The notes below the pieces were generated by a model. It saw only the letters and a program-made list of their open reading frames with translations, was not told the DNA's origin and searched no databases. Of a stretch of DNA of 64,000 nucleotides, positions 23,127 to 35,100 are shown in pieces. The first letter of the stretch is position 1. Each line of letters starts with the position of its first letter. Origin of the DNA: Squalus acanthias (taxonomy: Eukaryota); the NCBI GenBank assembly GCA_030390025.1, contig JASTWF010000244.1:496001-560000 (forward strand), in the 5' to 3' direction. Made by a program: the position numbers and the translations under genes.

Positions 23127-26100
23127 AGGTATGTTTACGGAGTGACCATAACGAGGATATTACGCAACAAGCTGTGACAAAAAAATCACTGGAGTCTCTG
23201 TAAACTGCCATGTATTTTATTAATTTTAATGTTGAAAGCAAGAGAGTATTTCCGTTTGTTTTCTGCCGAAGCGATTGTTGAGCTGGTTGGTTTTTACAGA
23301 AGAATTTTTTTAAATAGGTCCCTCCCTCCCGTTAGATCTGTATCATGTTCTTCCCGGCCCATCCCTCCCACCCATCAGACCTGGATCTTGTTCTCCCCGG
23401 CCCCTCCCTCCCGTTAGACCTGGATCATGTTCCCCCCCCCCGGCCTCCTCCCATCAGATTTGGATCATGTTCTTCCCGGCCCCTCCCTCCGGTTAGACCT
23501 GGATCATGTTCTCCCAGCCCCTCCCTCCCATTAGAACAGGATCATGATTTCCCCATCCTCTCCCTCCGGTTAGAACTGGATCATGTTCTCCCCGGCCTCT
23601 ACCTCCCGTTAGACCTGGATCATGTTCTCCCGGACCCTCCCTCCCGTTAGATCGGGATCATGCTCTCCCGGACCCTCCCTCCCGTTACACCCGGATCATG
23701 TTCTCCCCGGCCCCTCCCATTAGACCTGGATCATGTTCTCCCTGGCCCCTCCCATTAGACCTGGATCATGTTCCCCCCGGCCCCTCCCGTTAGACCTGGA
23801 TCATGTTCTCCCCGGCCCCTCCCTCCCGTAAGACCTGGATCATGTTCTCCCGGCCCCTCCCTCCCGTTAGACCTGGATCATGTTCTCCCAGCCCCTCCCT
23901 CCCATTAGAACTGGATCATGTTCTCCCCATCCTCTCCCTCCGGTTAGACCTGGATCATGTTCTCCCCAGCCCCTCCCTCCTGTTAGATCTGGATCATGTT
24001 CTCCCGACCTCTCCCTCCTGTTAGACCTGGTTCATGTTCTCCCCCGCCCCTCCCTCCCATTAGATCTGGATCATGTTCTTCCCGGCCCCTCCCTCCGGTT
24101 AGACCTGGATCATGTTCTCCCCATCCTCTCCCTCCGGTTAGACCTGGATCATGTTCTCCCCAGCCCCTCCCTCCTGTTAGATCTGGATCATGTTCTCCCG
24201 ACCTCTCCCTCCTGTTAGACCTGGTTCATGTTCTCCCCCGCCCCTCCCTCCCATTAGATCTGGATCATGTTCCCCCTGGCCCCTCCCTCCCGTTAGATCT
24301 GGATCATGTTCTCCTGGCCCCTCCCTCCCGTTAGACCTGGATCATGTTCCCCACCGGCTCCTCCTTCCCATTAGATCTGGATCATGTTCTCCTGGTCCCT
24401 CCCTCCCGTTAGACCTGGAACATGTTCTCCCGGGCCCCTGCCTCCTGTTAGATCTGGATCATGTTCTCCCCGGCCCCTCCCTCCCATTAGACCTGGATCA
24501 TGTTCTCCCCGGCCCCTCCCTCCCATTAGACCTGGATCATGTTATCCCCGGCCCCTCCCATTAGACCTGGATCATGTTCTCCCCGGCCCCTCCCGTTAGA
24601 CCTACATCATGTTTCCCCTGGCCCCTCCCTCCCGTTAGACCTGGATCATGTTCCCCCCGGCCCCTCCCTCCTGTTAGACCTGGATCATGTTCCCCCCGGC
24701 CCCTCCCTCCTGTTAGACCTGGATCATGTTCCCCCGGCCCCTCCCATTAGACCTGGATCATGTTCTTCCCAGCCTCTCCCTCCCATAAGACCTGGATCAT
24801 GTTCCCCCCGGCCCCTCCCATTAGATCTGGATCATGTTCTTCCCGGCCCCTCCCTCTGGTTAGACCTGGATCATCTTCTCCCAGCCCCTCCCTCCCATTA
24901 GAACTGGATCATGTTCTCCCCATCCTCTCCCTCCGGTTAGACCTGGATCATGTTCTCCCCGGCCTCTACCTCCCGTTAGACCTGGATCATGTTCTCCCCA
25001 GCCCCTCCCTCCTGTTAGATCTGGATCATGTTCTCCCGACCTCTCCCTCCCGTTACACCTGGATCATGTTCCCCCCGGCCCCTCCCTCCCGTTAGATCTG
25101 GATCATGTACTCCCGGACTCTCCCTCCCGTTAGACCTGGAGCATGTTCTCCCCGGCCCCTCCCTCCTGTTACACCTGGAGCTTGTTCTCCCCGGCCCTTC
25201 CCTCCTGTTAGACCTGGATCATGTTCTCCCCGGCTCCTCCTTCCCATTAGATCTGGATCATGTTCTCCTGGCCCCTCCCTCCCGTTAGACCTGGAACATG
25301 TTCTCCCGGGCCCCTCCCTCCTGTTAGATCTGGATCATGTTCTCCCCGGCCCAACCCTCCCGTTAGACCTGGATCATGTTATCCCCGGCCCCTCCCATTA
25401 GACCTGGATCATGTTCTCCCCGGCCGCTCCCGTTAGACCTGGATCATGTTCTCCCCGGCCCCTCCCGTTAGACCTGGATCATGTCCCCCCCGGCCCCTCC
25501 TGTTAGATCTGGATCATGTTCTCCCCGGCCCCTCCCTCTCGTTAGATCTGGATCATGTTCCCCCCGGCCCCTCCCTCCTGGTAGATCTGCATCATGTGCC
25601 CCCCGGCCCCTCCCTCCCGTTAGACCTGGATCATGTAACCCCCCGGCCCCTCCCTCCTGTCAGACCTTGATCATGTTCCCCCCGGCCCTTCCCTCCTGTT
25701 AGACCTGGATCATGTTCCCCCGGCCCCTCCCGTTAGACCTGGATCATGTTCTTCCCGGCCCCTCCCTCCCGTTAGATCTGGATCATGTTCTCGCCGGCCC
25801 CTCCCTCCCGTTAGACCTGGATCATGTTCTCCCCGGCCCCTGCCTCCCGTTAGATCTGGATCATGTTCTCCCCATCCTCTCCCTCTGGTTAGACATGGAT
25901 CATGTTCTCCCCGGCCCCTCCCTCCCATTAGACCTGGATCATGTGCTCCCCGGCCCCTTCCATCCCGTTAGACCTGGATCATGTTCTCCCCGGCCCCTAC
26001 CTCCCATTAGATCTGGATCATGTTCATCCCGGCCCCTGCCTCCAGTTAGACCTGGATCATGTTCTCCCTGGCCTCTCCCTCCCGTTAGACCTGGATAATG

Positions 26101-29100
26101 TTCTCCCCGGCCTCCACCTCCCGTTGGATCTGCATCATGTTCTCCCCGGACCCTTCCTCCCGTTAGATCTGGATCATGTTCTCCCGACCTCTCCCTCCCA
26201 TTAGACCTGGATCATGTTCCCCCCCGGCCCCTCGCTTCCGTTAGACCTGGATCATGTTCTCCCTGGCCCCTCCCTCCCATTAGATCTGGATCATGTTCTC
26301 CCCGGCCTGTCCCTCCCGTTAGACCTGGATCATGTTCTCCCCGGCCCCTCCCTCCCATTAGACCTGGATCATGTTCTCCCCGGCCCCTCCCTCCCATTAG
26401 ACCTGGATCATGTTATCCCCGGCCCCTCCCATTAGACCTGGATCATGTTCTCCCCGGCCCCTCCCGTTAGACCTGGATCATGTTCTCCCCGGGCTCTACC
26501 TCCCGTTAGACCTGGATCATGTTCTCCCCGGCCCCTCCCTCCTGTTAGACCTGGATCATGTTCTCCCGGACCCTCCCTCCCGTTAGTTCTGGATCATGCT
26601 CTCCCGGACCCTCCCTCCCGTTACACCCGGACTTGTTCTCCCCGGCCCCTCCCATTAGACCTGGATCATGATCTCCCTGGCCCCTCCCATTAGACCTGGA
26701 TCATGTTCCCCCCGGCCCCTCCCGTTAGACCTGGATCATGTTCTCCCCGGCCCCTCCGTCCCGTAAGATGTGGATCATGTTCTCCCGGCCCCTCCCTCCC
26801 GTTAGACCTGGATCATGTTCCCCCCGGCCCCTCCCATTAGATCTGGATCATGTTCTTCCTGGCCCCTCCCTCCGGTTAGACCTGGATCATGTTCTCCCAG
26901 CCCCTCCCTCCCATTAGAACTGGATCATGTTATCCCCATCCTCTCCCTTCGGTTAGACCTGGATCATGTTCTCCCTGTCCTCTACCTCCCGTTAGACCTG
27001 GATCATGTTCTCCCCAGCCTCTCCCTCCTGTTAGATCTGGATCATGTTCTCCCCGGCCCCTCCCTCCCATTAGATCTGGATCATGTTCCCCCCAGCCCCT
27101 CCCTCCTGTTAGATCTGGATCATTTTCTCCCGGCCTTTCCCTCCCGTTAGACCTGGATCATTTTCTCCCCGGCCCCTCCCTCCTGTTACACCTGGATCTT
27201 GTTCTCCCCGGCCCCTTCCTCCCGTTAGATCTGGATCATGTTCTCCCCGGCTCCTCCTTCCCATTAGATCTGGATCATGTTCTCCTGGCCCCTCCCTCCC
27301 GTTAGACCTGGAACATGTTCTCCCGGGCCCCTCCCTCCTGTTAGATCTGGATCATGTTCTCCCCGGCCCCTCCCTCCCATTAGACCTGGATCATGTTCTC
27401 CCCGGCCCCTCCCTCCCATTAGACCTGGATCATGTTATCCCCGGCCCCTCCCATTAGACCTGGATCATGTTCTCCACGGCCCCTCCCGTTAGACCTGGAT
27501 CATGTTGTCCCCGGCCCCTCCCGTTAGACCTGTATCATGTCCCCCCCGGCCCCTCCAGTTAGATCTGGATCATGTTCTCCCCGGCCCCTCCCTCCCGTTA
27601 GATCTGGATCCTGTTCCCCCCGGATCGTCCCTCCCGTTAGACCTGGATCATGTTCCCCCCGGCCCCTCCCTCCTGTTAGACATGGATCATGTTCCCCCCG
27701 GCCCCTCCCTCCTGTTAGACCTGGATCATGTTCCCCCGGCCCCTCCCATTAGACCTGGATCATGTTCTTCCCGGTCCCTCCCTCCCGTTAGATCTGGATC
27801 ATGTTCTCGCCGGCCCCTCCCTCCCGTTATACCTGGATCATGTTCTAACTGGCCCCTCCCTCCCGTTAGATCTGGATCCTGTTCTCCCCATCCCCTCCCT
27901 CCGATTAGACATGGATCATGTTCTCCACGGCCCCTCCCTCTCATTAGACCTGGATCATGTTCTCCCCGGCCCCTTCCATCCCGTTAGACCTGGATCATGT
28001 TCTCCCCGGCCCCTACCTCCCATTAGATCTGGATCATGTTCTCCCCGGCCCCTGCCTCCGGTTAGACCTGGATCATGTTCTCCCTGGCCTCTCCCTCCAT
28101 TTAGACCTGGATAATGTTCTCCCCGGCCTCCACCTCCCGTTAGACCTGGATCATGTTCTCCCCGGCCCCTCCCTCCCGTTAGATCTGGATCATGTTCTCC
28201 CGACCTCTCCCTCCCATTAGACCTGGATCATGTTCCCCCCGGCCCCTCGCTCCCGTTAGACCTTGATCATGTTCTCCCTGGCCCCTCCCTCCCATTAGAT
28301 CTGGATCATGTTCTCCCCGGCCTCTCCCTCCCGTTAGACCTGGATCATGCTCTCCCCGGCCCCTCCCTCCCATTAGACCTGAATCATGTTCTCCCCGGCC
28401 CCTCCCTCCCATTAGACCTGGATCATGTTCTCCCGGACCCTCCCTCCCGTTACACCTGGATCATGTTATCCCCGGCCCCTCCCATTAGACCTGGATCATG
28501 TTCTCCCCGGCCCCTCCCGTTGAACCTGGATCATGTTCCCCCCGGCCCCTCCCTTCCATTAGAACTGGATCATGTTCTCCCTGGCCCCTCGCTCCCGTTA
28601 GACCTGGATCTTGTTCTCTCCGGCTCCTCCTTCCCATTAGACCTGGAGCATGTTCTCCCAGACCCTCCCTCCCGTTACACCCGGATCATGTACACCCCGG
28701 CCCCTCCCATTAGACCTGGATCATGTTCTCCCCGGCCCCTCCCGTTAGACCTGGATCATGTTACCCCCGGCCCCTCCCGTTAGACCTGGATCATGTTCTC
28801 CCCGGCCCCTCCCTCCCGTAAGATCTGGATCATGTTCTCCCGGCCCCTCCCTCCCGTTAGACCTGGATCATGTTCCCCCCAGCCCCTCCCATTAGATCTG
28901 GATCATGTTCTTCCTGGCCCCTCCCTCCGGTTAGACCTGGATCATGTTCTCCCAGCCCCTCCCTCCCATTAGAACTGGATCATGTTATCCCCATCCTCTC
29001 CCTCCGGTTAGACCTGGATCATGTTCTCCCTGGCCTCTACCTGCCGTTAGACCTGGATCATGTTCTCCCCAGCCCCTCCCTCCTGTTAGATCTGGATCAT

Positions 29101-32100
29101 GTTCTCCCGACCTCTCCCTCCCGTTAGACCTGGATCATGTTCTCCCCGGCCCCTCCCTCCCATTAGATCTGGATCATGTTCCCCCCGGCCCCTCCCTCCC
29201 GTTAGATCTGGATCATGTTCTCCCGGCACCTCCCTCCCGTTAGACCTGGATCATTTTCTCCCCGGCCCCTCCCTCCTGTTACACCTGAAAATTGTTCTCC
29301 CCGGCCCCTCCCTCCCGTTAGATCTGGATCATGTTCTCCCCGGCTCCTCCTTCCCATTAGATCTGGATCATGTTCTCCTGGCCCCTCCCTCCCGTTAGAC
29401 CTGGAACATGTTCTCCCGGGCCCCTCCCTCCTGTTAGATCTGGATCATGTTCTCCCCGGCCCCTCCCTCCCATTAGACCTAGATCATGTTCTCAACGGCC
29501 CCTCCCTCCCGTTAGACCTGGATCATGTTATCCCCGGCCCCTCCCATTAGACCTGGATCATGTTACCCCCGGCCCCTCCCGTTAGACCTGGATCATGTTC
29601 TCCCCGGCCCCTCCCTCCCGTAAGATCTGGATCATGTTCTCCCGGCCCCTCCCTCCCGTTAGACCTGGATCATGTTCCCCCCGGCCCCTCCCATTAGATC
29701 TGGATCATGTTCTTCCTGGCCCCTCCCTCCGGTTAGACCTGGATCATGTTCTCCCAGCCCCTCCCTCCCATTAGAACTGGATCATGTTATCCCCATCCTC
29801 TCCCTCCGGTTAGACCTGGATCATGTTCTCCCTGGCCTCTACCTGCCGTTAGACCTGGATCATGTTCTCCCCAGCCCCTCCCTCCTGTTAGATCTGGATC
29901 ATGTTCTCCCGACCTCTCCCTCCTGTTAGACCTGGATCATGTTCTCCCCGGCCCCTCCCTCCCATTAGATCTGGATCATGTTCCCCCCGGCCCCTCCCTC
30001 CCGTTAGATCTGGATCATGTTCTCCCGGCACCTCCCTCCCGTTAGACCTGGATCATTTTCTCCCCGGCCCCTCCCTCCTGTTACACCTGAAAATTGTTCT
30101 CCCCGGCCCCTCCCTCCCGTTAGATCTGGATCATGTTCTCCCCGGCTCCTCTTTCCCATTAGATCTGGATCATGTTCTCCTGGCCCCTCCCTCCCGTTAG
30201 ACCTGGAACATGTTCTCCCGGGCCCCTCCCTCCTGTTAGATCTGGATCATGTTCTCCCCGGCCCCTCCCTCCCATTAGACCTAGATCATGTTCTCAACGG
30301 CCCCTCCCTCCCATTAGACCTGGATCATGTTATCCCCGGCCCCTCCCATTAGACCTGGATCATGTTCTCCCCGGCCCCTCCCGTTAGACCTGGATCATGT
30401 TGTCCCCGGCCCCTCCCGTTAGGCCTGGATCATGTCCCCCCCGGCCCCTCCAGTTAGATCTGGATCATGTTCTCCCCGGCCCCTCCCTCCCGTTAGATCT
30501 GGATCATGTTCCCCCCGGCTCCTCCCTCCCGTTAGACCTGGATCATGTTCCCCCCGGCCCCTCCCTCCTGTTAGACCTGGATCATGTTCCCCCCGGACCC
30601 TCCCTCCCGTTAGACCTGGATCATGTTCTCCCCGGCCCCTTCCATCCCGTTAGACCTGGATCATGTTCTCCCCGGCCCCTACCTCCCATTAGATCTGGAT
30701 CATGTTCTCCCCGGCCCCTGCCTCCGGTTAGACCTGGATCATGTTCTCCCTGGCCTCTCCCTCCATTTAGACCTGGATAATGTTCTCCCCGGCCTCCACC
30801 TCCCGTTAGACCTGGATCATGTTCTCCCCGGCCCCTCCCTCCCGTTAGATCTGGATCATGTTCTCCCGACCTCTCCCTCCCATTAGACCTGGATCATGTT
30901 CCCCCCGGCCCCTCGCTCCCGTTAGACCTGGATCATGTTCTCCCTGGCCCCTCCCTCCCATTAGATCTGGATCATGTTCTCCCCGGCCTCTCCCTCCCGT
31001 TAGACCTGGATCATGCTCTCCCCGGCCCCTCCCTCCCATTAGACCTGGATCATGTTCTCCCGGACCCTCCCTCCCGTTACACCTGGATCATGTTATCCCC
31101 GGCCCCTCCCATTAGACCTGGATCATGTTCTCCCCGGCCCCTCCCGTTGAACCTGGATCATGTTCCCCCCGGCCCCTCCCTTCCATTAGAACTGGATCAT
31201 GTTCTCCCTGGCCCCTCGCTCCCGTTAGACCTGGATCTTGTTCTCCCCGGCTCCTCCTTCCCATTAGACCTGGATCATGTTCTCCCAGACCCTCCCTCCC
31301 GTTACACCCGGATCATGTACACCCCGGCCCCTCCCATTAGACCTGGATCATGTTCTCCCCAGCCCCTCCCGTTAGACCTGGATCATGTTACCCCCGGCCC
31401 CTCCCGTTAGACCTGGATCATGTTCTCCCCGGCCCCTCCCTCCCGTAAGATCTGGATCATGTTCTCCCGGCCCCTCCCTCCCGTTAGACCTGGATCATGT
31501 TCCCCCCGGCCCCTCCCATTAGATCTGGATCATGTTCTTCCTGGCCCCTCCCTCCGGTTAGACCTGGATCATGTTCTCCCAGCCCCTCCCTCCCATTAGA
31601 ACTGGATCATGTTATCCCCATCCTCTCCCTCCGGTTAGACCTGGATCATGTTCTCCCTGGCCTCTACCTGCCGTTAGACCTGGATCATGTTCTCCCCAGC
31701 CCCTCCCTCCTGTTAGATCTGGATCATGTTCTCCCGACCTCTCCCTCCCGTTAGACCTGGATCATGTTCTCCCCGGCCCCTCCCTCCCATTAGATCTGGA
31801 TCATGTTCCCCCCGGCCCCTCCCTCCCGTTAGATGTGGATCATGTTCTCCCGGCACCTCCCTCCCGTTAGACCTGGATCATTTTCTCCCCGGCCCCTCCC
31901 TCCTGTTACACCTGAAAATTGTTCTCCCCGGCCCCTCCCTCCCGTTAGATCTGGATCATGTTCTCCCCGGCTCCTCCTTCCCATTAGATCTGGATCATGT
32001 TCTCCTGGCCCCTCCCTCCCGTTAGACCTGGAACATGTTCTCCCGGGCCCCTCCCTCCTGTTAGATCTGGATCATGTTCTCCCCGGCCCCTCCCTCCCAT

Positions 32101-35100
32101 TAGACCTAGATCATGTTCTCAACGGCCCCTCCCTCCCGTTAGACCTGGATCATGTTATCCCCGGCCCCTCCCATTAGACCTGGATCATGTTCTCCCCGGC
32201 CCCTCCCGTTAGACCTGGATCATGTTGTCCCCGGCCCCTCCCGTTAGGCCTGGATCATGTCCCCCCCGGCCCCTCCAGTTAGATCTGGATCATGTTCTCC
32301 CCGGCCCCTCCCTCCCGTTAGATCTGGATCATGTTCCCCCCGGCTCCTCCCTCCCGTTAGACCTGGATCATGTTCCCCCCGGCCCCTCCCTCCTGTTAGA
32401 CCTGGATCATGTTCCCCCCGGACCCTCCCTCCCGTTAGACCTGGATCATGTTCTCCCCGGCCCCTTCCATCCAGTTAGACCTGGATCATGTTCTCCCCGG
32501 CCCCTACCTCCCATTAGATCTGGATCATGTTCTCCCCGGCCCCTGCCTCCGGTTAGACCTGGATCATGTTCTCCCAGCCCCTCCCTCCCATTAGAACTGG
32601 ATCATGTTATCCCCATCCTCTCCCTCCGGTTAGACCTGGATCATGTTCTCCCTGGCCTCTACCTCCCGTTAGACCTGGATCATGTTCTCCCCAGCCCCTC
32701 CCTCCTGTTAGATCTGGATCATGTTCTCCCGACCTCTCCCTCCCGTTAGACCTGGATCATGTTCTCCCTGGCCCCTCCCTCCCATTAGATCTGGATCATG
32801 TTCTCCCCGGCCTCTCCCTCCCGTTAGACCTGGATCATGTTCTCCCCGGCCCCTCCCTCCCATTAGACCTGGATCATGTTCTCCCCGGCCCCTCCCTCCC
32901 GTTAGACCTGGATCATGTTCTCCCGGACCCACCCTCCCGTTACACCTGGATCATGTTATCCCCGGCCCCTCCCATTAGACCTGGATCATGTTCTCCCCGG
33001 CCCCTCCCGTTAGACGTGGATCATGTTCCCCCCGGCCCCTCCCTTCAATGAGAACTGGATCATGTTCTCCCCGGCCCCTCCCGTTAGACGTGGATCATGT
33101 TCCCCCCGGCCCCTCCCTTCCATTAGAACTGGATCATGTTCTCCTGGCCCCTCCCTCCCGTTAGACCTGGATCATGTTCTACCAGACCCTCCCTCCCATT
33201 ACACCCGGATCATGTACTCCCCGGCCCCTCCCATTAGACCTGGATCATGTTCTCCCCGGCCCCTCCCGTTAGACCTGGATCATGTTCCCCCCGGCCCCTC
33301 CCGTTAGACCTGGATCATGTTCTCCCCGGCCCCTCCCTCCCGTTAGACCTGGATCATGGTCTCCCAGCCCCACCCTTCCGTTAGACCTGGATCATGTTTC
33401 CCCCAGCCCCTCCCATTAGATCTGGATCATGTTCTTCCCGGCTCCTCCCTCCGGTTAGACATGGATCATGTTCTCCTGGCCCCTCCCTCCCATTAGATCT
33501 GGATCATGTTCTCCCCATCCTCTCCCTCCGGTTAGACATGGATCATGTTCTCCCCGGCCCCTCCCTCCCGTTAGATCTGGATCATGTTATCCCGACCTCT
33601 CCCTCCCGTTAGATCTGGATCAGGTTCTCCCCGGCCCATCCGTCCCATTAGACCTGGATCATGTTCTCCCCGGCCCCTCCCTCCCGTTAGATCTGGATCA
33701 TGTTCTCCCGGACCCTCCCTCCTGTTAGACCTGGATCATGTTCCCCCCGGCCCCTCCCTCCTGTTAGACCTGGATATGTTCCCCCCGGACCCTCCCTCCC
33801 GTTAGACCTGGATCATGTTCTCCCCGGCCCCTTCCATCCCGTTAGACCTGGATCATGTTCTCCCCGGCCCCTACCTCCCATTAGATCTGGATCATGTTCT
33901 CCCCGGCCCCTGCCTCCGGTTAGACCTGGATCATGTTCTCCCTGGCCTCTCCCTCCATTTAGACCTGGATAATGTTCTCCCCGGCCTCCACCTCCCGTTA
34001 GACCTGGATCATGTTCTCCCCGGCCCCTCCCTCCCGTTAGATCTGGATCATGTTCTCCCGACCTCTCCCTCCCATTAGACCTGGATCATGTTCCCCCCGG
34101 CCCCTCGCTCCCGTTAGACCTGGATCATGTTCTCCCTGGCCCCTCCCTCCCATTAGATCTGGATCATGTTCTCCCCGGCCTCTCCCTCCCGTTAGACCTG
34201 GATCATGCTCTCCCCGGCCCCTCCCTCCCATTAGACCTGGATCATGTTCTCCCGGACCCTCCCTCCCGTTACACCTGGATCATGTTATCCCCGGCCCCTC
34301 CCATTAGACCTGGATCATGTTCTCCCCGGCCCCTCCCGTTGAACCTGGATCATGTTCCCCCCGGACCCTCCCTTCCATTAGAACTGGATCATGTTCTCCC
34401 TGGCCCCTCGCTCCCGTTAGACCTGGATCTTGTTCTCCCCGGCTCCTCCTTCCCATTAGACCTGGATCATGTTCTCCCAGACCCTCCCTCCCGTTACACC
34501 CGGATCATGTACACCCCGGCCCCTCCCATTAGACCTGGATCATGTTCTCCCCAGCCCCTCCCGTTAGACCTGGATCATGTTACCCCCGGCCCCTCCCGTT
34601 AGACCTGGATCATGTTCTCCCCGGCCCCTCCCTCCCGTAAGATCTGGATCATGTTCTCCCGGCCCCTCCCTCCCGTTAGACCTGGATCATGTTCCCCCCG
34701 GCCCCTCCCATTAGATCTGGTTCATGTTCTTCCTGGCCCCTCCCTCCGGTTAGACCTGGATCATGTTCTCCCAGCCCCTCCCTCCCATTAGAACTGGATC
34801 ATGTTATCCCCATCCTCTCCCTCCGGTTAGACCTGGATCATGTTCTCCCTGGCCTCTACCTGCCGTTAGACCTGGATCATGTTCTCCCCAGCCCCTCCCT
34901 CCTGTTAGATCTGGATCATGTTCTCCCGACCTCTCCCTCCCGTTAGACCTGGATCATGTTCTCCCCGGCCCCTCCCTCCCATTAGATCTGGATCATGTTC
35001 CCCCCCGGCCCCTCCCTCCCGTTAGATCTGGATCATGTTCTCCCGGCACCTCCCTCCCGTTAGACCTGGATCATTTTCTCCCCGGCCCCTCCCTCCTGTT

